From the NCBI GenBank assembly GCA_002269645.1, contig NIVC01001045.1, positions 117,032-181,031 of the forward strand: a stretch of 64,000 nucleotides of DNA, given 5' to 3'. A program made the position numbers and the translations under genes. Of this stretch, positions 1-13,576 are shown piece by piece. The DNA is from Macrostomum lignano. Lineage: Eukaryota. The notes below the pieces were generated by a model, which was given only the letters and a program-made list of their open reading frames with translations, did not search any database and was not told where the DNA came from. Position 1 is the first letter of the stretch; every line of letters starts with the position of its first letter.

Positions 1-651
1 CAAGGGTCCACCGAGGCGAGTATGAGAGTTTTTATTTAAAGAAAGTTCTATGGACGGGCAGCAAAATCGTGTGCTTGAGGCATTACGTACGCCTCACTCG
101 GTCGTAATTCAAAGCATAAAAACAAGTAAATCCCAGAGCTGTCTGCTTGTCGAGATTGAAGCCAAAAATCCTCATACTGCAGAGACTGACAGTTAGTTGA
201 GAGGGGCAGTTCGCGGATGGATTGGATGGATGGCATTAGAAATCCTGTGCTAAACAAGTAAAACTGATGTAGGATTGGATCTGCCAAGCTGCTAAATCAA
301 TTCTGATTTGGGAAACGGTTTTATTATAGTTATCTAATGCGAGCCAGTGTATAGATGCAGGGTGTAATTACTAATTAATAGAAATTAATGCTACTGAATA
401 ACTATATCGCTAATCAAATAAGGCTGGACTGAGGGTATGGAAAAAACCGTGACACCGTGACAGAGATTGGCAGGCATTAAGAAGCATCGCTAAATTGTAA
501 TTTTATTTTCTGTATTGTACTACATGCAATCAACTGAATGGCTATATAACTTGCTTGACTGATAGGGAATAACTTTACTGATAAGTTTTTAGAATTGCTT
601 TTATATATCGTATACAATAGCTAGAAATTAAATCATGCAAGTGGGGTAAAG

Positions 652-1080
652 TCACGTGACTGATGAGTCAACCAGACGAATGATTTAATGGAGTCAACGC
701 TTTCATTTATTAAACTTTAATTTTTACACTTAGCTATAGAGCTGTGTCAAATCACGTGATCAAATAGAGTCAACACTTGTATCAATTAACACCAATTCTA
801 CGCCTAGCCATAGAGCTACGAGCGTACATATAAGGCCAGTCACGTGATTTAATGGAGTCAACACTTTCATCAATTAAAACTTCAACTCTAGCTACGCCTA
901 GCCATAGAGCTATGAGCGTACATATAAGGCCAGTCACGTGATTTAATGGAGTCAACACTTTCATCAATTAAAACTTCAACTCTAGCTACGCCTAGCCATA
1001 GAGCTATGAGCGTACACATAAGGCAAGTCACGTGATTTAATGGAGTCAACACTTTCATTAATTAAAACTTCAATTCTACG
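652..1080. repeat. ~94-bp tandem repeat (about 3 good copies plus degenerate 5' copies)
   Basis: GTCACGTGATTTAATGGAGTCAACACTTTCATCAATTAAAACTTCAA recurs at ~840, ~933 and ~1027, with degenerate versions from ~652. Confidence 0.85.
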
Positions 1081-1904
1081 CTCAATCCAGTCAAAATGCA
1101 TTAAGAGACAACCTCTCCACAGCAGATCTTTTGCACAAGTAGACCATATAGTTCTCAATCTATTTCTCCTTCAATCGTCATTCAGGTCAAACCAAGGACA
1201 AACAGGCCTGTCTTGAATTCTTGATCATTTCACCCTTCCGTCAATCAATGCATTCTTACTCCAGTTCTCGTTAGACAAATAAGTCCACTGCTTGAACTTA
1301 TATAATCTTGGGATGTGGAAAGAAAACGAACAAAAAATCCAAGCGGGCTTGTGGTGGAGGGGACTGCTTTGCAAACGCTAACCACTATATGTAGGGTGCA
1401 CGAAGCTTATGAAGGGGAAAAAGGGGAAATTAATTGACCCTGCAAACTTCGGACTGGGAAGGGGGATTGCATGGGGACAGGAGTGGGTGGAATCTGGACT
1501 GTCTATAGGATTTTTTCCCAAATCTCAGCAGCTTCCGAAGCCGGCTGATGAGGCATTAGTGTTCAGCCAGCCAACCCCGTCACCATAGCGAGATTTGGGG
1601 CGAGAAAATGAGAGAACAGAGAAATAGATGAAGAGGGCAGCAATGGGATCCAAAGCTCTGAGCACTTGGGAAGAAATTATTCGAGCTCAAACTCAATTTT
1701 GAGCGCGCATTCTGACCAAAAATTATTCATCAATTTTTATAGTTTTCATTTACAGAGCTATTAATTTTCGGCGGAATCTGATTATGGGAGGGAAGAGATG
1801 GAGTCGCCTCGTGTTCAAGATTTCTGTCCAATTCTGTTTAGTAATGCTGAGGGGCCGTGCTATGGGGGCTTGTAGGGAAAGAATTGATGGCAGTCGAGAG
1901 TGAG

Positions 1905-2374
1905 AGTGAGAATGAGAATGAGTTGGGAGAGTGAGAGTGAGAGCGAGAGTGGGAGAATGGGAGTGAGAGTGGGAGAGTGAGAGTGGGAGAGTGGGGGAAT
2001 GAGAGTGGGAGAGTGGGAGAGTGAGAGTGGGATAATGAGAGTGGGAGAGTGAGAGTGAGAGTGAGAGTGGGAGAATGGGAGTGAGAGTGGGAGAGTGAGA
2101 GTGAGAGGGTGAGAGTGGGAGAGCGGGAGAATGAGAGTGGGAGAGTGGGAGAGTGAGAGTGGGAGAATGAGAGTGGGAGAGTGAGAGTGAGAGTGAGAGT
2201 GGGAGAATGGGAGTGAGAGTGGGAGAGTGAGAGTGGGAGAGTGGGGGAATGAGAGTGGGAGAGTGGGAGTGAGAGTGGAAGAATGAGAGTGGGAGAGTGA
2301 GAGTGGGAGAGTGAGAGTGGGAGAGTGAGAGTGAGAGTGAAAGTGAGAGAGTGGGAGAGTAAGAGTCAGAGTGG

Positions 2375-2405
<31 letters not shown>

Positions 2406-2406
2406 G

Positions 2407-2444
<38 letters not shown>

Positions 2445-2532
2445 AAGTGAGAGAGTGGGAGAGTAAGAGTCAGAGTGGGAGAGTGAGAGTGAGAGTGAGA
2501 GTGAGAGAGTGAGAGTGAGAGTGGGAGAGAGA

Positions 2533-2576
<44 letters not shown>

Positions 2577-2708
2577 AAGTGAGATAGTGGGAGAGTAAGA
2601 GTCAGAGTGGGAGAGTGAGAGAATGGGAGTGAGAGTGGGAGAGTGAGAGTGGGAGAGTGAGAGAATGGGAGTGAGAGTGGGAGAGTGAGAGTGGGAGAGT
2701 GAGAGTGG

Positions 2709-2749
<41 letters not shown>

Positions 2750-2805
2750 AGTGGGAGAGTAAGAGTCAGAGAGGGAGAGTGAGAGTGAGAGAGTGGGAGT
2801 GGGAG
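1905..2805. repeat. Purine-rich compound microsatellite (GAGAGT / GGGAGAGT)n
   Basis: Directly visible run of gagagt/gggagagt units. Confidence 0.95.
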
Positions 2806-3489
2806 ATAAAGGGACAAGTCAGCTGCTTTAAAGCCTGTTTCACAGAGATTCTCACACAAGCGCAGCTAATTATTTTCTAATCAATAAGTAAGCAACCGAT
2901 GCTCAGCAGTTTAGAAGTTTTTCACATGCAGAGAAAAAGCCTTGTAAAAGTGTCATTTCGCATTGAGATCCGCAAAGTATAGTTACTGTACTGAGTATCG
3001 ACGCATTATTACTAGGAGCTACAAGGCTTACTAATCCGTCTGGATTATTGAACCTTAAGAAACGGAACTGGGGGAGCCGGTATATCCATAGCAGCACCAA
3101 ACGGTGCTGAAGTGGAGAGTTGGATAGCGGCTGGGTGGGAGCGTTGGACACTTCAGACCATGCTCCAAGAGGATCGTTGCAATGACCCAAGAAGAGTCCT
3201 AGTTTTCGTTCAATCGGTGTAACTCAACAATTATTTTTGCTGCTAATTCTATAAGCCATGTTAATTCGCCAGTGTGTGTGAATTGGTTTAGCAATCATCT
3301 ATAGGTCGATATTTAATATGATAGAGACCGCGGGTTCTTGAAGGATTGCTTGTTGTTTTTTATATTGCAAATTTAATCAAGAGATTCCGTTGATACAAAT
3401 TGGTAGTGAATGAAACGCATTTAAGGATTTTGAGTTCCGTAGACACAACACAACACGGCAAAAGGAGGCAGAAAGAAAGGAAAGCGGGT

Positions 3490-3735
3490 AAAAAGAGGGT
3501 AGGGAGGGAGAAGAGGGAGAGAGGGAGAGAGGGAGAGACGGAAATGGGGAGAGGGTGAGAGGGAGATGGGAGAGGAAGAAGGGAGGGAGGGTGAGGGAGA
3601 GAGTTATATAGGGAGAGGGAGAGAGGCAGAGAGGGGGGTGAGAGAGGGACAGATAGAGGGAGAGTGAGAGGGAAGGGGTGAGAGAGAGGGGAGGGGAGAG
3701 GGAGAAAGGGACTTATGAGAGTGAGACAGGGTGAG
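3490..3735. repeat. GA-rich low-complexity tract
   Basis: Almost exclusively G/A. Confidence 0.85.
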
Positions 3736-4661
3736 ATAAATATTAAAAAGATTTTATCAAACCTAATCTGCTGTTGTTTTCCAGAGCCCCAATAGCATCA
3801 TCATTGACAACTATCAAACGTAAGGTTATTTTTCACTCCTAGGAGAGCTACATGAAAGTAGAGGGTATCGATAGATAACATGCTATCACAGTCACTATGG
3901 GGAACCATAAAAATTGTATCTATGGCTATAATTACCACTCTGTCAACTTCACTGATTGTTTACCTGAAGTGTCTAACATTACCTATGAATATGGATATAG
4001 ATGCATGAAACTGGTTAAAGGGATCGATAATATAAAAACGAATAGTCACTTGTGAAGCTAGTTACCAAGGAACCTAATTATATATGCATAAAAAACAAGA
4101 TTAACTATATAAGCCACTAACATATAAATCGTGCAGATCAAGATGACCACATCTGATAGGTAAACGCAAAGAGGAAAAATAATTCATTAGCAATTTTTGT
4201 GCCTGCCTTGAACGCAACTAACAGAGTTTTGCCTGCTGCCAGTGTGGGGAATGTACAGACCCGATGGGGGTATAAGGATCCCTTGATCCCCTTCCCACCT
4301 GCGCAGAGGTTTAACACGAAAATTGCATTAACAATATATTTTCTTAGCTGACCAAAGGTTCAGGGCGTACAGCTGTCAATCCGGAGAAAAATACCAACAG
4401 CACTTTGACGTCTCGTTTTCGACAACAAAATGGCTGACAAACTAATTTAGCTAAGTGAAAAAACAGCACATTTTTCCAATGCGAAACTTTCAGATTGACA
4501 CAAAAGTACTTATGAGTACTTTAATCTTAGGTTATAGTGAGTAGAGCGGCACTGAGTATCAGATTTCGGTTGTGCAATAATCACCTGTAATTTTGCTAGG
4601 AGAGCAGCTAACAACATGCTTCGGTTAAAGTACTGTGGGATACTTGCAAACAGGAATGGCT

Positions 4662-6197
4662 GAGTGAAAGCGGTGAGGCTGATTCAGTGACTGATGAAGC
4701 GTGGAGGCTGATTCACTGACTGAGAGAGGCTGATTCAGTGACTGATGCAGCGGAGAGGCTGATTCAGTGACTGATGAAGCGGGGAGGCTGATTCAGTGAC
4801 TGAGAGAGGCTGATTCAGTGACTGATGAAGCGGTGAGGCTGATTCAGTGACTGATGAAGCGGTGAGGCTGATTCAGTGACTTATGAAGCGGGGAGGCTGA
4901 TTCACTGACTGATGAAGCGGCGAGGCTGATTCAGTGACTGATGAAGCGGGGAGGCTGATTCACTGACTGAGAGAGGCTGATTCAGTGACTGATGAAGCGG
5001 TGAGGCTGATTCAGTGACTGATGAAGCGGTGAGGCTGATTCAGTGACTTATGAAGCGGGGAGGCTGATTCAGTGACTGATGAAGCGGCGAGGCTGATTCA
5101 GTGACTGATGAAGCGGGGAGGCTGATTCACTGACTGAGAGAGGCTGATTCAGTGACTGATGCAGCGGAGAGGCTGATTCAGTGACTGATGAAGCGGGGAG
5201 GCTGATTCACTGACTGAGAGAGGCTGATTCAGTGACTGATGAAGCGGTGAGGCTGATTCAGTGACTGATGAAGCGGTGAGGCTGATTCAGTTACTTATGA
5301 AGCGGGGAGGAAGATTCAGTGACTGATGAAGCGGGGAGGCTGATTCAGTGACTGATGAAGCGGGGAGGCTGATTCAGTGACTTATGAAGCGGTGAGGCTG
5401 ATTCAGTGACTGATGAAGCGGGGAGGCTGATTCAGTGACTTATGAAGCGGGGAGGCTGATTCAGTGACTGATGAAGCGGCGAGGCTGATTCAGTGACTTA
5501 TGAAGCGGTGAGGCTGATTCAGTGACTGATGAAGCGGGGAGGCTGATTCAGTGACTGATGAAGCGGGGAGGCTGATTCAGTGACTGATGAAGCGGGGAGG
5601 CTGATTCAGTGACTGATGAAGCGGGGAGGCTGATTCACTGACTGAGAGAGGCTGATTCAGTGACTGATGAAGCGGTGAGGCTGATTCAGTGACTGATGAA
5701 GCGGCGAGGCTGATTCAGTGACTGATGAAGCGGGGAGGCTGATTCAGTGACTGATGAAGCGGCGAGGCTGATTCAGTGACTTATGAAGCGGGGAGGAAGA
5801 TTCAGTGACTGATGAAGCGGGGAGGCTGATTCAGTGACTTATGAAGCGGGGAGGCTGATTCAGTGACTTATGAAGCGGTGAGGCTGATTCAGTGACTGAT
5901 GAAGCGGGGAGGCTGATTCAGTGACTTATGAAGCGGGGAGGCTGATTCAGTGACTGATGAAGCGGGGAGGCTGATTCAGTGACTTATGAAGCGGGGAGGC
6001 TGATTCAGTGACTTATGAAGCGGGGAGGCTGATTCAGTGACTGATGAAGAGGGGAGGCTGATTCAGTGACTGAGAGAGGCTGATTCAGTGACTTATGAAG
6101 CGGGGAGGCTGATTCAGTGACTGATGAAGAGGGGAGGCTGATTCAGTGACTTATGACGCGGGGAGGCTGATTCAGTGACTGATGACGCGGGGAGGAA
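4662..6197. repeat. ~29-bp minisatellite (GAGGCTGATTCAGTGACTGATGAAGCGGG)
   Basis: About 50 tandem copies with shorter variants; each unit holds the palindrome TCAGT-G-ACTGA. Confidence 0.95.
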
Positions 6198-6789
6198 GAT
6201 GTGCGGCAAAAACAGCAGTCCTTTAAGATCTTGTCAGAAAATTAGTAGAAACGCTGCTTTTGACAAGAAGCAGGTGTCACCCCCACAGGTGGCTCCCCCT
6301 GTGTAGTCGAGGAAATTCTCCAACGAAATGTGAAGCAAAATACAAATTAATAGCTTTGGACCCTAAAAGTTTTTGAGCATCCGTTCTCAAGTCGAGAAGT
6401 TCTAAGAACATGAACTCACAAAATTAGAGGGTTTCTTAAGTTTGAACAGCGATTCCCAACACCTCCTGTTTGCTTTCCATTTCGAGATTGGAGAGAAGTC
6501 TTCTTGCGCAAATAATTAGTACCTAGAAGAAGGTTTTGTCGATCAATATTTGCCAACGCACCTTCAAGCTGCCTTCAACTGGGAGAAGGATTTGCCAATA
6601 AGGGACTTTAGAGCGTGTGGAACCGATTTTATCATTTGGGAAACTTTCCCAATAATCTTTCTGCTTTGTGTGTTGAGGGGGGAAGCTGGGATAGCAAATG
6701 TTTTTTCTCTTCCTTTATTCAACTTTTCTGGGGGAACAAGCGGTTTCTGTGGCTATTCAAGTTAAGTTGAAGGCTGACTTCACAAAACA

Positions 6790-7388
6790 GTAGTAGAATT
6801 GCCGGCTCTTTCTGTAGAATTGCCGGCTCTTTCTGTAGAATTGCCGGCTCTTTCTGTAGAATTGCCGACTCTTTCTGTAGAATTACCGGTTCTTTCTGTA
6901 GAATTACCGGCTCTTTCTGTAGAATTACCGGCTCTTTCTGTAGAATTACCGACTCTTTCTGTAGAATTACCGACTCTTTCTGTAGAATTACCGACTCTTT
7001 CTGTAGAATTACCGGTTCTTTCTGTAGAATTACCGGCTCTTTCTGTAGAATTACCGACTCTTTCTGTAGAATTACCGACTCTTTCTGTAGAACTACCGGC
7101 TCTTTCTGTAGAATTACCGACTATTTCTGTAGAATTACCGACTCTTTCTGTAGAATTACCGACTCTTTCTGTAGAATTACCGAGTCTTTCTGTAGAATTA
7201 CCGACTCTTTCTGTAGAACTACCGGCTCTTTCTGTAGAATTGCCGGCTCTTTCTGTAGAATTACCGACTCTTTCTGTAGAATTACCGACTCTTTCTGTAG
7301 AATTACCGGCTCTTTCTGTAGAATTACCGGCTCTATCTGTAGAATTACCGGCTCTTTCTGTAGAATTACCGGCTCTTTCTGTAGAATT
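6790..7388. repeat. 21-bp minisatellite (TCTTTCTGTAGAATTACCGGC)
   Basis: About 28 tandem copies; gives the 7-aa periodic pseudo-ORFs LSVELPA / GNSTERA. Confidence 0.95.
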
Positions 7389-7824
7389 AAGCGCACGCAA
7401 AGTCTGTAAAATCAGACACCACAGCAAGTTGTTACTCAATTCTTTGTCCTTACTGTACTTTTCAAATTCAGCACACTTGGCACTGGATTGCCTGAAGTGT
7501 CAAATTGGATGGGGCTTCTGCTTCCATCAAAGCCGACTTGGTTTTCCGTGTCAAAGCAACAACGAAAGCGTGTTTCTGAAAGAGACGAGTTTTGTCTCTA
7601 TTAAGACTCTTCTTCTCCCGCGCTCTTCTTCGCCGCAGACATCGCCGCCCCCACCCTCCGTCGCCGTTATCCATATTTCCTATCGCACGCAATCGCAAAA
7701 TGAGATGACGGCGCTGGGGCTCCTAGGGGACTCGACAGAATCTGGGGGCGCCTGTGGGGTGATTGAGAAGTCTGCCAACTATCAGGGAAGCACGCGTCTG
7801 CTGCATGCGGTTCTTGTAGCTGCA

Positions 7825-8147
<323 letters not shown>

Positions 8148-8187
8148 GTATCAAAAGTACACTAAATTGTTTTTTACTTCACTCCAG

Positions 8188-8287
8188 ACTGGGTTGCCGG
8201 CAGGGCTCTGTGCAAGGCGATGCCCTACCTGCAAGGTGTGGCCGTCGCAGCCTCAGTTACCACCTTGAGCGTCATCGCCTTTGATCG
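8188..8287 (+). CDS. Class A GPCR (NPFF/SIFamide receptor-like), exon encoding ECL1-TM3
   Basis: ctccag|AC TGG...GAT CG|gtgagc reads WVAGRALCKAMPYLQGVAVAASVTTLSVIAFDR; conserved ECL1 Trp, disulfide Cys and DR of DRY; phase 2 joins the next exon. Confidence 0.9.
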
Positions 8288-8417
8288 GTGAGCTTTACCA
8301 TGAACTACCTCTGCTTTTGGTATCAAGCAGCATGCTTAGCATGGACTGCACTCATGGACACTAACACCCTGCAGACCTGGACCTGTTACGAGCGTACATG
8401 CGTTAAATAACACGGAC

Positions 8418-8940
8418 GCTCACACATGTTAGACATGGACACTCACACCTGTTAGACATGGACACTCACACCTGTTAGACATGGACACTCACACCTGTTA
8501 GACATGGACACTCACACCTGTTAGACATGGACACTCACACATGTTAGACATGGACACTCGCACCTGTTAGACATGGACACTCACACCTGTTAGACATGGA
8601 CACTCACACCTGTTAGACATGGACACTCACACCTGTTAGACATGGACACTCACACCTGTTAGACATGGACACTCACACCTGTTAGACATGGACACTCACA
8701 CCTGTTAGACATGGACAATCACACCTGTTAGACATGGACAATCACACCTGTTAGACATGGACACTCACACATGTTAGACATGGACACTCACACCTGTTAG
8801 ACATGGACACTCACACCTGTTAGACATGGACAATCACACCTGTTAGACATGGACACTCACACATGTTAGACATGGACACTCACACCTGTTAGACATGGAC
8901 ACTCACACCTGTTAGACATGGACACTCACACCTGTTAGAC
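8418..8940. repeat. 23-bp intronic minisatellite (GTTAGACATGGACACTCACACCT)
   Basis: About 22 tandem copies in the GPCR intron. Confidence 0.95.
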
Positions 8941-8949
8941 TCAATCACT

Positions 8950-9152
8950 CTCTATCTATCCCCTCCATCCTCTTCTCTCCCCCCTTTCCCTTCTTCGATA
9001 CCCCACTCACCTCTCCTCTCTCCCCTCTCCTCTCTCCTCTCTCCTCTCTCCTCTCTCCCCTCTCCTCTCTCCTCTCTCCCCTCTCCTCTCTCTTCTCTCC
9101 CCTCTCCTCTCTCCCCTCTCCTCTCTCTTCTCTTCCCTCTCCTCTCTCCCCT
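8950..9152. repeat. CT-rich low-complexity tract
   Basis: (CTCTC/CCTCT)n visible. Confidence 0.85.
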
Positions 9153-9325
9153 GTCTAGCTCGTAGTTTCCACTCCCACCTGGCTGATTTCAAACATAAGC
9201 AAATTTTTTATTCGGCTCTGAGCCAAAAACATTTATCGATCCCTGCAGTGCATGTACATGTATGTTTTTAGGTTAAGTCTGCATGCATTTTTCTTCAAAG
9301 TTAACTCCATCACTTGCTTCTTCAG

Positions 9326-9646
9326 TTATCTGGCCATTTGTCGACCATTGAAACGACACCTGTCAAAGAAGCAGACGATTGGTTTCATAATAACGATATG
9401 GGCGTACGTTCTGCTTCTACTGTCGCCCTGGTTCATCACCTACGATCTTCATTCGAGCAGAGAGGCTAACGCCACTCACCTGTCCTGTCGCAGTACCATG
9501 ACACCTTTGTACAACAGGATCTACCAGCTGGGCATCATCTTCTGTTTGCTGTATGCCGGTCCGCTCCTGTTTATTGTGGTCTGTTACACCTTGGTTGCGC
9601 ACAAGCTGAGCCGGCGGACTGGCAATCAAGACGAGTTTCTTAGAAA
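9326..9646 (+). CDS. GPCR exon: Y of DRY, TM4, ECL2, TM5
   Basis: ttcag|T TAT CTG...AGA AA|gtaagt; YLAICRPLK...IWAYVLLLLSPW...C...LLYAGPLLFIVVCYTLVAHKL. Confidence 0.92.
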
Positions 9647-9679
9647 GTAAGTCGAATTTCGCATTTGTTTTACATGGGG

Positions 9680-11560
9680 TTCTGTGTGTGTGATAGTGTG
9701 TGTGATTCTGTGTGTGATAGTGTGTGTGATTGTGTGTGCGATTGTGTGTGTGATTGTGTGTGTGATTGTGTGTGTGATAGTGTGTGTGATTGTGTGTGCG
9801 ATTGTGTGTGTGATTCTATGTGATTCTGTATGTGATTGTGTGTGTGATTGTGTGTGTGATTCTGTGTGATTCTGTATGTGATTGTGTGTGTGATAGTGTG
9901 TGTGATTGTGTGTGTGATTGTGTGTGTGAGTGATAGTGTGTGTGATTCTGTGTGTGATTGTGTGTGTGATTGTGTGTGATTGTGTGTGATTGTGTGTGTG
10001 ATTCTGTGTGTGATTCTGTGTGTGATTGTGTGTGTGATTGTGTGTGTGATAGTGTGTGTGATTGTGTGTGTGATTGTGTGTGTGATAGTGTGTGTGATTG
10101 TGTGTGGGATTGTGTGTGTGATTCTGTGTGTGATTCTGTGTGTGATTGTGTATGATTCTGTATGTGATTGTGTGTGATTCTGTATGTGATTGTGTGTGTG
10201 ATAGTGTGTGTGATTGTGTGTGTGATTGTGTGTGATTCTGTGTGTGATTGTGTATGATTCTGTATGTGATTGTGTGTGATTCTGTATGTGATTCTGTGTG
10301 ATTCTGTATGTGATTGTGTGTGTGATAGTGTGTGTGATAGTGTGTGTGATTGTGTGTGATTCTGTGTGTGATTGTGTGTGTGATAGTGTGTGTGATAGTG
10401 TGTGTGTGATTGTGTGTGATTCTGTGTGTGATTGTGTGTGTGATTGTGTGTGTGATTGTGTGTGTGATTGTGTGTGTGATTGTGTGTGGGATTGTGTGTG
10501 TGATTCTGTGTGTGATTCTGTGTGTGATTGTGTGTGATTCTGTATGTGATTCTGTGTGATTCTGTATGTGATTGTGTGTGTGATAGTGTGTGTGATAGTG
10601 TGTGTGATTGTGTGTGATTCTGTGTGTGATTGTGTGTGTGATTGTGTGTGGGATTGTGTGTGTGATTCTGTGTGTGATTCTGTGTGTGATTGTGTGTGAT
10701 TGTGTGTGTGATTCTATGTGATTCTGTATGTGATTGTGTGTGTGATTGTGTGTGTGATTCTGTGTGATTCTGTATGTGATTGTGTGTGTGATAGTGTGTG
10801 TGATTGTGTGTGTGATTGTGTGTGATTCTGTGTGTGATTGTGTATGATTCTGTATGTGATTGTGTGTGATTCTGTATGTGATTCTGTGTGATTCTGTATG
10901 TGATTGTGTGTGTGATAGTGTGTGTGATAGTGTGTGTGATTGTGTGTGATTCTGTGTGTGATTGTGTATGATTCTGTATGTGATTGTGTGTGATTCTGTA
11001 TGTGATTGTGTGTGATCCTGTATGTGATTGTGTGTGATCCTGTATGTGATTGTGTGTGATTCTGTGTGATTCTGTAGGTGATTGTGTGTGATTCTGTGTG
11101 TGATTCTGTGTGATTCTGTGTGATCCTGTATGTGATTGTGTGTGATTCTGTGTGATTCTGTGTGATCCTGTATGTGATTCTGTGTGATTCTGTGTGTGAT
11201 TCTGTGTGATCCTGTATGTGATTCTGCATTCTGTGTGTGATTCTGTGTGATCCTGTATGTGATTGTGTGTGATTCTGTATGTGATTCTGTGTGATTCTGT
11301 ATGTGATTCTGTGTGATTCTGTATGTGATTCTGTGTGATTCTGTATGTGATTGTGTGTTATTGTGTGTGTGATTCTGTGTGTGATCCTGTATGTGATTGT
11401 GTGTGATTCTGTATGTGATTCTGTGTGATTCTGTATGTGATTGTGTGTGATTCTGTGTGTGTGATTCTGTGTGATTCTGTATGTGATTCTGCATTCTGTA
11501 TGTGGTTTTGTGTGTGTGATTCTGTGTGATTATGTGTGATTCTGCATTATTCTGAGCGAT
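9680..11560. repeat. Compound (GTGTGATT/GTGATTCT) microsatellite filling the GPCR intron
   Basis: About 1.9 kb of TG-rich 8-10-bp units. Confidence 0.95.
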
Positions 11561-11613
11561 TCTGTGCATGATTCTTTGCAGTACGGCATTCCACACCTAA
11601 TTCGGGATTGCAG

Positions 11614-11890
11614 ATCCTCGACCGCGCAGGACAAGAAGCAGATGAGCCGCCTCATCAAGATGCTGGTCACCGTGGTTCTGATATTCGCGCTGTCCTGGCT
11701 ACCGCTGCACATCATCGCCATCATGTTGAACTTTTTAGATAATCCAGGCAGCCTGTGGTTTATGCCGTACGTTGAACAGGGCTTGCCAGTAATCCAATGG
11801 ATTGGCATTAGCAACTGCTGCGTTAATCCGTGGATTTACTGCGCGTTTAGCAAGAGCTACAGGACCAACTTCTTTAACACTCTGCGCTGC
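11614..11890 (+). CDS. GPCR exon: TM6, TM7 and helix 8
   Basis: ttgcag|A TCC... restores the phase-2 codon AA|A; KMLVTVVLIFALSWLPLH and QWIGISNCCVNPWIYCAFSKSYR (NPxxY); donor TGC|gtgagt. Confidence 0.92.
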
Positions 11891-11929
11891 GTGAGTAGAA
11901 TTAAGTAGCTGTGAGTAGAGTAAGACTGA

Positions 11930-12223
<294 letters not shown>

Positions 12224-12230
12224 ACTCCAG

Positions 12231-12605
12231 AGATTCAACGCCCCAGCAGCAGGCACGCAGCACCGCACTCAGCAGCAACAGCAGCAGCAGCACTTGCTGT
12301 CAACTCACTCGCCTAACCGTAAGACACCAGCAGCCGCTGCTGCCCCGGCGGCCACTTTGATGGAGGTGTCGGTGAACGCGGCCGCAGCTGTGTCGGAAAT
12401 TTCAACAGCCCGTCGCCCCGGCAACCAGTCCAGCAGCTGGAGACGACGCAACGGGCCTCAAGATTCGATGCTGAGGAAAAACTGCTTAGCAACAGGGGAT
12501 GCTGATGACGGATCGGCGACAATACCGCTGTTTGAACGGCATAGAATGGAGGAAGCTGAGTCTAAAAATGATGAAGAAGCCGATTTGGCATCCGATGAGG
12601 TGTGA
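12231..12605 (+). CDS. GPCR terminal exon (cytoplasmic tail)
   Basis: ctccag|AGA TTC AAC..., phase 0, in frame with the 12294-12605 ORF; Q/A-rich tail ending ASDEV*. Confidence 0.7.
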   Translation, partial: RFNAPAAGTQHRTQQQQQQQHLLSTHSPNRKTPAAAAAPAATLMEVSVNAAAAVSEISTARRPGNQSSSWRRRNGPQDSMLRKNCLATGDADDGSATIPLFERHRMEEAESKNDEEADLASDEV

Positions 12606-12877
12606 AATTTATTAACCTATATATTCGAGCAGCTATGCTTCATTAGTGTATGTTTCCGTAAACTTAACAAATTTAAGTCTTGCTTCAGTCCTTATAAAGA
12701 TTAATATAAACGTGTTTTGGCCGCACCTGCATGCCTGCAATCCTGCATCAAGGAGTCGTACAACCATGTCAGTACAAGCATATCAGGACGCTAAACTGAA
12801 TCGTGTAATTTTTGGAGGCCAATTTCCTAGAAAAAACACACTGCGGAGATAGGAAAACTTTTTTTCATCACAAAATT

Positions 12878-13570
12878 GTAGCCACCAATTGCGCCGACTG
12901 CTGCCAAATGCGCCGACCAAATGCGCCGACTAGATTTTGGATTCCCCTCGCCAAATAGGATTTCCCTAGCCCATAGACCATAGAATATATGAACATTTAT
13001 CATGCAGCACTAGCGTGACAGATTTCCCCTATGCACATATACAAGCCATAGACAAGAACTCGTCGGCGCATTTGGTCGGCGCATTTGGTCGGCGCATTTG
13101 GTCTATATGTTAGACAAGCCAATGAGAAGCCGGCGCATTTGGTCTATATGTTAGACAAGCCAATGAGAAGCCGGCGCATTTGGTCGGCGCATTTGGTCGG
13201 CGCATTTGGTCGGCGCATTTGGTCGGCGCATTTGGTCTATATGTTAGACAAGCCAATGAGAAGCCGGCGCATTTGGTCGGCGCATTTGGTCGGCGCATTT
13301 GGTCGGCGCATTTGGTCGGCGCACTTGGTCGGCGCATTTGGTCGGCGCATTTGGTCTATATGTTAGACAAGCCAATGAGAAGCCGGCGCATTTGGTCGGC
13401 GCATTTGGTCTATATGTTAGACAAGCCAATGAGAACTCGGCGCATTTGGCTGACGCATTTGGCTGGCGCAGTTGGTCGGCGCATTTGGTCGGCGCATTTG
13501 GTCGGCGCATTTGGTCGGCGCATTTGGTCGGCGCATTTGGTCGGTGCATTTGGCTGACGCAATTGGCTAA
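12878..13570. mobile_element. Non-autonomous TIR element with inverted 13-bp subterminal repeats
   Basis: Left end TAGCCACCAATTGCGCC plus (AAATGCGCCGACC) copies; right side has many (TTTGGTCGGCGCA) copies in the opposite orientation, ending GCAATTGGCTA; no TSD confirmed. Confidence 0.55.
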
Positions 13571-13576
13571 CGCGCT

